Assembly (NCBI GenBank): GCA_964016885.1 | Contig: OZ024744.1 | Span: 36,022,001-36,086,000 of the forward strand | From: Eledone cirrhosa | Lineage: Eukaryota | Direction of reading: 5' to 3' | DNA: 64,000 nucleotides | Shown: piece after piece, positions 10,201-23,900 of the stretch | How the letters are laid out: each line of letters opens with the position of its first letter | Numbering within the stretch: position 1 is the first letter of the stretch | The notes under the pieces: model-generated | Seen by the model: the letters and a program-made list of their open reading frames with translations, nothing else | What the model was told of the DNA's origin: nothing | The model's database searches: none | Made by a program: the position numbers and the translations under genes

Positions 10201-13200
10201 CGATGTTTGTTTACAAACACGGCGAGCATTATAATAAATGTTCGGTGAATCGATACGTACATATATATATATATGTGTGTGCATGTATGTATATATATAT
10301 ACATACTACAGTACGTCTGTATACATATATGTATGTACGTGTACATACTTAAATTTAAGTAACAGCCGTACTAAGAGTGGGAAATGAAATTTCGTTTCAT
10401 TTTTTCCGTTTATCGATTTCGGGGCACCCGGCCTATTAACCCACTCGATATGCAAATTGGGCTTCTCAGCTGTTAATATGCATAAGGTAAGTATATACGT
10501 TCAACAATCTGGCAGGAAGGTATACGTTGCTGACAATAGCTAATAAGCTTGAAACTACTACAGCGTTCCTTCGTCAGTGTTGATCAAACGAGCAACGATG
10601 GTTGCTGGACACTACGGCTTAATACGTGATGTTTGTTTACAAACACACCGAGCATTATAATAAATGTTCGGTGAATCCATACGTACATATATATATGTGT
10701 GCATGTATGTATATATACATACTACTGTACGTCTGTATACATATATGTATGTACGTGTACATACTTATCTTTAAGTAACAGCCGTACTAAGAGTGGGAAA
10801 TTAAATTTCGTTTCATTTTTTCCGTTTATCGTTTTCGGTACACCCGGCCGATTAACCCACTCGATATGCAAACTGGGCTTCTCAGCTGTTAATATACATA
10901 AGGTAAGTATATACGTTCAACAATCTAGCAGGAAGGTATACGTTGCTGACAATAGCTAATAAGCTTGAAACTAGTACAGCGTTCCTTTGTCAGTGTTGAA
11001 CAAACGAGCGACGATGGTTGCTGGACACTACGGCTTAATACGCGATATTTGTTTATAAACACACAGAGCATTATAATAAATGTTCGGTGAATCCATACGT
11101 ACATATATATATATATGTGTGTGCATGTATGTATATATATATATATACATACTACTGTACGTCTGTATACATATATGTATGTACGTGTACATACTTATAT
11201 TTAAGTAACAGCCGTACTAAGAGTGGGAAATGAAATTTCGTTTAATTTTTTCCGTTTATCGTTTTCGGTGCACCCGGCCGATTAACCCAATCGATATGCA
11301 AATAGGGCTTCTCAGCTGTTAATATGCATAAGGCAAGTATATACGTTCAACAATCTGGCAGGAATGTATACGTTGCTGACAATAGCTAATAAGCTTGAAA
11401 CTAGTACAGCGTTCCTTTGTCAGTGTTGAACAAACGATCAACGATGGTTGCTGGACACTACGGCTTAATACGGGATGTTTGTTTACAAACACACCGAGCA
11501 TTATAATAAATGTTCGGTAAATCCATACATACATATATATATGTGTGCATGTATGTATATATACATACTACAGTACGGCTGTATACATATATGTATGTAC
11601 GTGTACATACTTATATTTAAATAACAGCCGTACTAAGAGTGGGAAATTAAATTTCGTTTCATTTTTTCCGTTTATCGTTTTCGGTGCACCCGGCCGATTA
11701 ACCCACTCGATATGCAAATTGGGCTTCTCAGCTGTTAATATGCATCAGGTAAGTATATACGTTCAACAATCTAGCAGAAAGGTATACGTTGCTGACGATA
11801 GCTAATAAGCTTGAAACTAGTACAGCGTTCCTTTGTCAGTGTTGAACAAACGAGCAACGATGGTTGCTGGACACTACGGCTTAATATGGGATGTTTGTTT
11901 ACAAAAACACCGAGCATTATAATAAATGTTCGGTGAATCCATACGTACATATATATATGTGTGCATGTATGTATATATACATACTACAGTACGGCTGTAT
12001 ACATATATGTATTTACGTGTACATACTTATATTTAAGTAACGGCCGTACTAAGTGTGGGAAATTAAATTTCGTTTCATTTTTTCCGTTTATCGTTTTCGG
12101 TGCACCCGGCCGATTGATCCACTGGATATGCAAATTAGGCTTCTCAGCTGTTAATATGCATAAGGTAAGTATATACATTCAACGATCTAGCTGGAAGGTA
12201 TACGTTGTTGACAATAGCTAATAAGCTTGAAACTACTACAGCGTTCCTTCGTCAGTGTTGAACAAACGAGCAACGATGGTTGCTGGACACTACGGCTTAA
12301 TACGGGTTGTTTATTTACAAACACACCGAGCATTATAATAAATGTTCGGTGAATCCATACGTACATGTATATATATGTGTGTGCATGTATGTATATATAT
12401 ATACATATTACTGTACGTCTGTATACATATACGTATGTACGTCTACATACTTATATTTAAGTAACAGCCGTACTAAGAGTGGGAAATGAAATTTCGTTTC
12501 ATTTTTTCCGTTTATCGTTTTCGGTGCACCCGGCCGATTAACTCGCTCGATATGCAAATTGGGCTTCTCAGCTGTTAATATGCATAAGGTAAGTATATAC
12601 GTTCAACAATCTGGCAGGAAGGTATACGTTGCTGACAATAGCTAATAAGCTTGAAACTACTACAGCGTTCCTTCGTCAGTGTTGAACAAACGAGCAACGA
12701 TGGTTGCTGGACACTACGGCTTAATACGGGATGTTTGTTTACAAACACACCGAGCATTATAATAAATGTTCGGTGAATCCATACGTACATATATATATAT
12801 ATGTGTGTGCATGCATGTATATATATATACATACTACTGTACGTCTGTATACATATATGTATGTACGTGTACATACTTATCTTTAAGTAACAGCCGTACT
12901 AAGAGTGGCAAACGAAATTTCGTTTCATTTTTTCCGTTTATCGTTTTCGGTACACCCGGCTGATTAACCCACTCGATATGCAAACAGGGCTTCTCAGCTG
13001 TTAATATACATAAGGTAAGTATATACGTTCAACAATCTAGCAGGAAAGTATACGTTGCTGACAATAGCTAATAAGCTTGAAACTAGTACAGCGTTCCTTT
13101 GTCAGTGTTGAACAAACGAGCAACGATGGTTGCTGGACACTACGGCTTAATACGCGATGTTTGTTTACAAACACACCGAGCATTATAATAAATGTTCGGT

Positions 13201-16200
13201 GAATCCATACGTACATATATATATATGTGTGTGCATGTATGTATATATATATACATACTACTGTACGTCGTATACATATATGTGTGTACGTGTACATACT
13301 TATATTTAAGTAACAGCCGTACTAAGAGTGGGAAATGAAATTTCGTTTCCTTTTTTCCGTATCGTTTTCGGTGCACCCGGCCGATTAACTCACTCGATAT
13401 GCAAATTGGGCTTCTCAGCTGTTAATATGCATAAGGTAAGTATATACGTTCAACAATCTGGCAGGAATGTATACGTTGCTGACAATAGCTAATAAGCTTG
13501 AAACTAGTACATCATTCCTTTGTCAGTGTTGAACAAACGAGCAACGATGGTTGCTGGACACTACGGCTTAATACGCGATGTTTGTTTACAAACACACCGA
13601 GCATTATAATAAATGTTCGGTGAATCCATACGTACATATATATATATGTGTGTGCATGTATGTATATATATATACATACTACTGTACGTCTGTATACATA
13701 TATGTATGTACGTGTACATACTTATATTTAAATAACTGCCGTACTAAGAGTGGGAAATGAAATTTCGTTTCATTTTTTCCGTTTATCGTTTTCGGTGCAC
13801 CCGGCCGATTAACCCACTCGATATGCAAATTGGGCTTCTCAGCTGTTAATATGCATCAGGTAAGTATATACGTTCAACAATCTAGCAGGAAGGTATACGT
13901 TGCTGACGATAGCTAATAAGCTTGAAACTAGTACAGCGTTCCTTTGTCAGTGTTGAACAAACGAGCAACGATGGTTGCTGGACACTACGGCTTAATATGG
14001 GATGTTTGTTTACAAAAACACCGAGCATTATAATAAACGTTCGGTGAATCCATACGTACATATATATATGTGTGCATGTATGTATATATACATACTACAG
14101 TACGGCTGTATACATATATGTATTTACGTGTACATACATATATTTAAGTAACAGCCGTACTAAGAGTGGGAAATGAAATTTCGTTTCATTTTTTCCGTTT
14201 ATCCTTTTCGGTGCACCCGGCCTATTAACCCACTCGATATGCAAATTGGGCTTCTCAGCTGTTAATATGCATAAAGTAAGTATATACGTTCAACAATCTG
14301 GCAGGAAGGTATACGTTGCTGACGATAGCTAATAAGCTTGAAACTAGTACAGCGTTCCCTTGTTAGTGTTGAACAAACGAGCAACGATGGTTGCTGGACA
14401 CTACGGCTTAATACGTGATGTTTCTTTACAAACACACCGAGCATTACAAAAAATGTTCGGTGAATCCATACGTACATGTATATATATGTGTGTGCATGTA
14501 TGTATATATATATACATATTAGTGTACGTCTGTATACATATATGTATGTACGTCTACATACTTATATTTAAGTAACAGCCGTACTAAGAGTGGGAAATGA
14601 AATTTCATTTCATTTTTTCCGTATCGTTTTCGGTGCACCCGGCCGATTAACTCACTCGATATTCAAAATGGGCTTCTCAGCTGTTAATATGCATAAGGCA
14701 AGTATATACCTTAAACAATCTGGCAGGAAGGTATACGTTGCTGACGATAGCTAATAAGCTTGAAACTAGTACAGCGTTCCCTTGTTAGTGTTGAACAAAC
14801 GAGCAACGATGGTTGCTGGACACTACGGCTTAATACGGGATGTTTGTTTACAAACACACCGATCATTATAATAAATGTTCGGTGAATCCATACGTACATA
14901 TATATATATATGTGTGTGCATGCATGTACATATATATACATACTACTGTACGTCTGTATACATATATGTATGTACGCGTACATACTTATATTTAAGTAAC
15001 AGCCGTACTAAGAGTGGCAAATCAAATTTCGTTTCATTTTTTCCGTTTATCGTTTTCGGTACACCCGGCTGATTAACCCACTCGATATGCAAACTGGGCT
15101 TCTCAGCTGTTAATATACATAAGGTAAGTATATACGTTCAACAATCTAGCAGGAAGGTATACGTTGCTGACAATAGCTAATAAGCTTGAAACTAGTACAG
15201 CGTTCCTTTGTCAGTGTTGAACAAACGAGCACCGATGGTTGCTGGACACTACGGCTTAATACGCGATGTTTGTTTACAAACACACCGAGCATTATAATAA
15301 ATGTTCGGTGAATCCATACGTACATATATATATATGTGTGTGCATGTATGTATATATATATATACATACTAGTGTACGTCGTATACATATATGTGTGTAC
15401 GTGTACATACTTATATTTAAGTAACAGCCGCACTAAGAGTGGGAAATGAAATTTCGTTTCCTTTTTTCCGTATCGTTTTCGGTGCACCCGGCCGATTAAC
15501 TCACTCGATATGCAAATTGGGCTTCTCAGCTGTTAATATGCATAAGGTAAGTATATACCTTAAACAATCTTGCAGGAAGGTATACGTTGCTGACAATAGC
15601 AAATAAGCTTGAAACTACTACAGCGTTCCTTCGTCAGTGTTGAACAAACGAGCAACGATGGTTGCTGGACACTACGGCTTAATACGCGATATTTGTTTAC
15701 AAACACACCGAGCATTATAATAAATGTTCGGTGAATCCATACGTACATATATATATATATGTGTGTGCATGTATGTATATATATATATACATACTACTGT
15801 ACGTCTGTATACATATATGTATGTACGTGTACATACTTATATTTAAGTAACAGCCGTACTAAGAGTGGGAAATGAAATTTCGTTTCATTTTTTTCCGTTT
15901 ATCGTTTTCGGTGCACCCGGCCGATTAACCCAATCGATATGCAAATGGGGCTTCTCAGCTGTTAATATGCATAAGGCAAGTATATACGTTCAACAATCTG
16001 GCAGGAATGTATACGTTGCTGACAATAGCTAATAAGCTTGAAACTAGTACAGCGTTCCTTTGTCAGTGTTGAACAAACGATCAACGATGGTTGCTGGACA
16101 CTACGGCTTAATACGGGATGTTTGTTTACAAACACACCGAGCATTATAATAAATGTTCGGTAAATCCATACGTAAATATATATGTGTGCATGTATGTATA

Positions 16201-17999
16201 TATATATACATACTACTGTACGTCTGTATACATATATGTATGTACGTGTACATACTTATATTTAAATAACAGCCGTACTAAGAGTGGGAAATGAAATTTC
16301 GTTTCATTTTTTCCGTTTATCGTTTTCGGTGCACCCGGCCGATTAACCCACTCGATATGCAAATTGAGCTTCTCAGCTGTTAATATGCATCAGGTAAGTA
16401 TATACGTTCAACAATCTAGCAGGAAGGTATACGTTACTGACGATAGCTAATAAGCTTGAAACTAGTACAGCGTTCCTTTGTCAGTGTTGAACAAACGAGC
16501 AACGATGGTTGCTGGACACTACGGCTTAATATGGGATGTTTGTTTACAAAAACACCGAGCATTATAATAAATGTTCGGTGAATCCATACGTACATATATA
16601 TATGTGTGCATGTATGTATATATACATACTACAGTACGGCTGTATACATATATGTATTTACGTGTACATACTTATATTTAAGTAACGGCCGTACTAAGTG
16701 TGGCAAATGAAATTTCGTTTCATTTTTTCCGTTTATCGTTTCCGGTGAACCCGGCCGATTGACCCACTGGATATGCAAATTAGGCTTCTCAGCTGTTAAT
16801 ATGCATAAGGTAAGTATATACATTCAACGATCTAGCTGGAAGGTATACGTTGCTGACAATAGCTAATAAGCTTGAAACTACTACAGCGTTCCTTCGTCAG
16901 TGTTGAACAAACGAGCAACGATGGTTGCTGGACACTACGGCTTAATATGGGATGTTTGTTTACAAAAACACCGAGCATTATAATAAATGTTCGGTGAATC
17001 CATACGTACATATATATATATGTGTGTGCATGCATGTATATATATATACATACTACTGTACGTCTGTATACATATATGTATGTACGTGTACATACTTATC
17101 TTTAAGTAACAGCCGTACTAAGAGTGGGAAATGAAATTTCGTTTAATTTTTTCCGTTTATCGTTTTCGGTGCACCCGGCCGATTAACCCAATCGATATGC
17201 AAATAGGGCTTCTCAGCTGTTAATATGCATAAGGCAAGTATATACGTTTAACAATCTGGCAGGAATGTATACGCTGCTGACAATAGCTAATAAGCTTGAA
17301 ACTAGTACAGCATTCCTTTGTCAGTGTTGAACAAACGATCAACGATGGTTGCTGGACACTACGGCTTAATACGGGATGTTTGTTTACAAACACACCGAGC
17401 ATTATAATAAATGTTCGGTAAATCCATACGTAAATATATATGTGTGCATGTATGTATATATATATACATACTACTGTACGTCTGTATACATATATGTATG
17501 CACGTGTACATACTTATATTTAAATAACAGCCGTACTAAGAGTGGGAAATGAAATTTCGTTTCATTTTTTCCGTTTATCGTTTTCGGTGCACCCGGCCGA
17601 TTAACCCACTCGATATGCAAATTGGGCTTCTCAGCTGTTAATATGCATCAGGTAAGTATATACGTTCAACAATCTAGCAGGAAGGTATACGTTGCTGACG
17701 ATAGCTAATAAGCTTGAAACTAGTACAGCGTTCCTTTGTCAGTGTTGAACAAACGAGCAACGATGGTTGCTGGACACTACGGCTTAATATGGGATGTTTG
17801 TTTTCAAAAACAACGAGCATTATAATAAATGTTCGTTGAATCCATACGTACATATATATATGTGTGCATGTATGTATATATACATACTACAGTACGGCTG
17901 TATACATATATGTATTTACGTGTACATACTTATATTTAAGTAACGGCCGTACTAAGTGTGGGAAATGAAATTTCGTTTCATTTTTTCCGTTTATCGTTT

Positions 18000-20900
18000 T
18001 CGGTGAACCCGGCCGATTGACCCACTGGATATGCAAATTGGGCTTCTCAGCTGTTAATATGCATAACGTAAGTATATACATTCAACGATCTAGCTGGAAG
18101 GTATACGTTGTTGACAATAGCTAATAAGCTTGAAACTACTACAGCGTTCCTTCGTCAGTGTTGAACAAACGAGCAACGATGGTTGCTGGACACTACGGCT
18201 TAATACGGGTTGTTTATTTACAAACACACCGAGCATTATAATAAATGTTCGGTGAATCCATACGTACATATATATATGTGGACATGTATGTATATATATA
18301 TACTACTGTACGTCTGTATACATATATGCATGTACATGTACATACATATGTTTAAGTAACAGCCGTACTAAGAGTGGGAAATGAAATTTCGTTTCATTTT
18401 TTCCGTTTATCGTTTTCGGTTCACCCGGCCTATTAACCCACTCGATATGCAAATTGGGCTTCTCAGCTGTTAATATGCATAAAGTAAGTATATACGTTCA
18501 ACAATCTGGCAGGAAGGTATACGTTGCTGACGATAGCTAATAAGCTTGAAACTAGTACAGCGTTCCCTTGTTAGTGTTGAACAAACGAGCAACGATGGTT
18601 GCTGGACACTACGGCTTAATACGTGATGTTTCTTTACAAACACACCGAGCATTATAAAAAATGTTCGGTGAATCCATACGTACATGTATATATATGTGTG
18701 TGCATGTATATATATATATATACATATTTCTGTACGTCTGTATACATATATGTATGTACGTCTACATACTTATATTTAAGTAACAGCCGTACTAAGAGTG
18801 GGAAATGAAATTTCGTTTCATTTTTTCTGTTTATCGTTTTCGGTGCACCCGGCCGATTAACTCACTCGATATGCAAATTGGGCTTCTCAGCTGTTAATAT
18901 GCATAAGGTAAGTATATACCTTAAACAATCTGGCAGGAAGGTATACGTTGCTGACAATAGCTAATAAGCTTGAAACTACTACAGCGTTCCTTCGTCAGTG
19001 TTGAACAAACGAGCAACGATGGTTGCTGGACATTACGGCTTAATACGGGATGTTTGTTTACAAACACACCGAGCATTATAATAAATGTTCGGTGAATCCA
19101 TACGTACATATATATATATATGTGTGTGCATGCATGTATATATATATACATACTACTGTACGTCTGTATACATATATGTATGTACGTGTACATACTTATC
19201 TTTAAGTAACAGCCGTACTAAGAGTGGGAAATGAAATTTCGTTTCATTTTTTCCGTTTATCTTTTTCGGTACACCCGGCTGATTAACCCACTCGATATGC
19301 AAACTGGGCTTCTCAGCTGTTAATATACATAAGGTAAGTATATACGTTCAACAATCTAGCAGGAAGGTATACGTTGCTGACAATAGCTAATAAGCTTGAA
19401 ACTAGTACAGCGTTCCTTTGTCAGTGTTGAACAAACGAGCAACGATGGTTGCTGGACACTACGGCTTAATACGCGATGTTTGTTTACAAACACACCGAGC
19501 ATTATAATAAATGTTCGGTGAATCCATACGTACATATATATATATGTGTGTGCATGTATGTATATATACATACTACTGTACGTCGTATACATATATGTGT
19601 GTACGTGTACATACTTATATTTAAGTAACAGCCGTACTAAGAGTGGGAAATGAAATTTCGTTTCCTTTTTTCCGTATCGTTTTCGGTGCACCCGGTCGAT
19701 TAAATCACTCGATATGCAAATTGGGCTTCTCAGCTGTTAATATGCATAAAGTAAGTATATACGTTCAACAATCTGGCAGGAAGGTATACGTTGCTGACGA
19801 TAGCTAATAAGCTTGAAACTAGTACAGCGTTCCCTTGTTAGTGTTGAACAAACGAGCAACGATGGTTGCTGGACACTACGGCTTAATACGTGATGTTTCT
19901 TTACAAACACACCGAGCATTATAAAAAATGTTCGGTGAATCCATACGTACATGTATATATATGTGTGTGCATGTATATATATATATATACATATTACTGT
20001 ACGTCTGTATACATATATGTATGTACGTCTACATACATATATTTAAGTAACAGCCGTACTAAGAGTGGGAAATGAAATTTCGTTTCATTTTTATCCGTAT
20101 CGTTTTCGGTGCACCCGGCCGATTAACCCAATCGATATGCAAATAGGGCTTCTCAGCTGTTAATATGCATAAGGCAAGTATATACGTTCAACAATCTGGC
20201 AGGAATGTATACGTTGCTGACAATAGCTAATAAGCTCGAAACTACTACAGCGTTCCTTCGTCAGTGTTGAACAAACGAGCAACGATGGTTGCTGGACACT
20301 ACCGCTTAATACGGGTTGTTATTTTACAAACACACCGAGCATTATAATAAATGTTCGGTGAATCCATACGTACATATATATATGTGTACATGTATGTATA
20401 TATATATACTACTGTACGTCTTTATACATATATGTATGTACATGTACATACATATATTTAAGTAACAGCCGTACTAAGAGTGGGAAATGAAATGTCGTTT
20501 CATTTTTTCCGTTTATCGTTTTCGGTACACCCGGCCGATTAACCCACTCGATATGCAAACTGGGCTTCTCAGCTGTTAATATACATAAGGTAAGTATATA
20601 CGTTCAACAATCTAGCAGGAAGGTATACGTTGCTGACAATAGGTAATAAGCTTGAAACTAGTACAGCGTTCCTTTGTCAGTGTTGAACAAACGAGCAACG
20701 ATGGTTGCTGGACACTACGGCTTAATACGCGATGTTTGTTTACAAACACACCGAGCATTATAATAAATGTTCGGTGAATCCATACGTACATATATATATG
20801 TGTACATGTATGTATATATATATACTACTGTACGTCTTTATACATATATGTATGTACATGTACATACATATATTTAAGTAACAGCCGTACTAAGAGTGGG

Positions 20901-23900
20901 AAATGAAATGTCGTTTCATTTTTTCCGTTTATCGTTTTCGGTACACCCGGCCGATTAACCCAATCGATATGCAAATAGGGCTTCTCAGCTGTTAATATGC
21001 ATAAGGCAAGTATATACGTTCAACAATCTGGCAAGAATGTATACGTTGCTGACAATAGCTAATAAGCTCGAAACTAGTACAGCATTCCTTCGTCAGTGTT
21101 GAACAAACGATCAACGATGGTTGCTGGACACTGCGGCTTAATACGGGATGTTTGTTTACAAACACACCGAGCATTATAATAAATGTTCGGTAAATCCATA
21201 CGTACATATATATATATATGTGTGCATGTATGTATATATACATACTACAATACGGCTGTATACATATATGTATTTACGTGTACATACTTATATTTAAGTA
21301 ACGGCCGTACTAAGTGTGGGAAATGAAATTTCGTTTCATTTTTTCCGTTTATCGTTTTCGGTGAACCCGGCCGATTGACCCACTGGATATGCAAATTAGG
21401 CTTCTCAGCTGTTAATATGCATAAGGTAAGTATATACATTCAACGATCTAGCTGGAAGGTATACGTTGTTGACAATAGCTAATAAGCTTGAAACTACTAC
21501 AGCGTTCCTTCGTCAGTGTTGAACAAACGAGCAACGATGGTTGCTGGACACTACGGCTTAATACGGGTTGTTTTTTTACAAACACACCGAGCATTATCAT
21601 AAATGTTCGGTGAATCCATACGTACATATATATATGTGGACATGTATGTATATATATATACTACTGTACGTCTGTATACATATATGCATGTACATGTACA
21701 TACATATATTTAAGTAACAGCCGTACTAAGAGTGGGAAATGAAATTTCGTTTCATTTTTTCCGTTTATCGTTTTCGGTTCACCCGGCCTATTAACCCACT
21801 CGATATGCAAATTGGGCTTCTCAGCTGTTAATATGCATAAAGTAAGTATATACGTTCAACAATCTGGCAGGAAGGTATACGTTGCTGACGATAGCTAATA
21901 AGCTTGAAACTAGTACAGCGTTCCCTTGTTAGTGTTGAACAAACGAGCAACGATGGTTGCTGGACACTACGGCTTAATACGTGATGTTTCTTTACAAACA
22001 CACCGAGCATTATAAAAAATGTTCGGTGAATCCATACGTACATGTATATATATGTGTGTGCATGTATATATATATATATACATATTACTGTACGTCTGTA
22101 TACATATATGTATGTACGTCTACATACTTATATTTAAGTAACAGCCGTACTAAGAGTGGGAAATGAAATTTCGTTTCATTTTTATCCGTATCGTTTTCGG
22201 TGCACCCGGCCGATTAACTCACTCGATATGCAAATTGGGCTTCTCAGCTGTTAATATGCATAAGGTAAGTATATACCTTAAACAATCTGGCAGGAAGGTA
22301 TACGTTGCTGACAATAGCTAATAAGCTTGAAACTACTACAGCGTTCCTTCGTCAGTGTTGAACAAACGAGCAACGATGGTTGCTGGACATTACGGCTTAA
22401 TACGGGATGTTTGTTTACAAACACACCGAGCATTATAATAAATGTTCGGTGAATCCATACGTACATATATATATATATGTGTGTGCATGCATGTATATAT
22501 ATATACATACTACTGTACGTCTGTATACATATATGTATGTACGTGTACATACTTATCTTTAAGTAACAGCCGTACTAAGAGTGGGAAATGAAATTTCGTT
22601 TCATTTTTTCAGTTTATCTTTTTCGGTACACCCAGCTGATTAACCCACTCGATATGCAAACTGGGCTTCTCAGCTGTTAATATACATAAGGTAAGTATAT
22701 ACGTTCAACAATCTAGCAGGAAGGTATACGTTGCTGACAATAGCTAATAAGCTTGAAACTAGTACACCGTTCCTTTGTCAGTGTTGAACAAACGAGCAAC
22801 GATGGTTGCTGGACACTACGGCTTAATACGCGATGTTTGTTTACAAACACACCGAGCATTATAATAAATGTTCGGTGAATCCATACGTACATATATATAT
22901 ATGTGTGTGCATGTATGTATATATACATACTACTGTACGTCGTATACATATATGTGTGTACGTGTACATACTTATATTTAAGTAACAGCCGTACTAAGAG
23001 TGGGAAATGAAATTTCGTTTCCTTTTTTCCGTATCGTTTTCGGTGCACCCGGCCGATTAACTCACTCGATATGCAAATTGGGCTTCTCAGCTGTTAATAT
23101 GCATAAGGTAAGTATATACCTTAAACAATCTGGCAGGAAGGTATACGTTGCTGACAATAGCTAATAAGCTTGAAACTACTACAGCGTTCCTTCGTCAGTG
23201 TTGAACAAACGAGCAACGATGGTTGCTGGACACTACGGCTTAATATGGGATGTTTGTTTACAAAAACACCGAGCATTATAATAAATGTTCGGTGAATCCA
23301 TACGTACATATATATATATGTGTGTGCATGTATGTATATATACATACTACTGTACGTCGTATACATATATGCATGTACATGTACATACATATATTTAAGT
23401 AACAGCCGTACTAAGAGTGGGAAATGAAATTTCGTTTCATTTTTTCCGTTTATCGTTTTCGGTTCACCCGGCCTATTAACCCACTCGATATGCAAATTGG
23501 GCTTCTCAGCTGTTAATATGCATAAAGTAAGTATATACGTTCAACAATCTGGCAGGAAGGTATACGTTGCTGACGATAGCTAATAAGCTTGAAACTAGTA
23601 CAGCGTTCCCTTGTTAGTGTTGAACAAACGAGCAACGATGGTTGCTGGACACTACGGCTTAATACGTGATGTTTCTTTACAAACACACCGAGCATTATAA
23701 AAAATGTTCGGTGAATCCATACGTACATGTATATATATGTGTGTGCATGTATATATATATATATACATATTACTGTACGTCTGTATACATATATGTATGT
23801 ACGTCTACATACATATATTTAAGTAACAGCCGTACTAAGAGTGGGAAATGAAATTTCGTTTCATTTTTATCCGTATCGTTTTCGGTGCACCCGGCCGATT

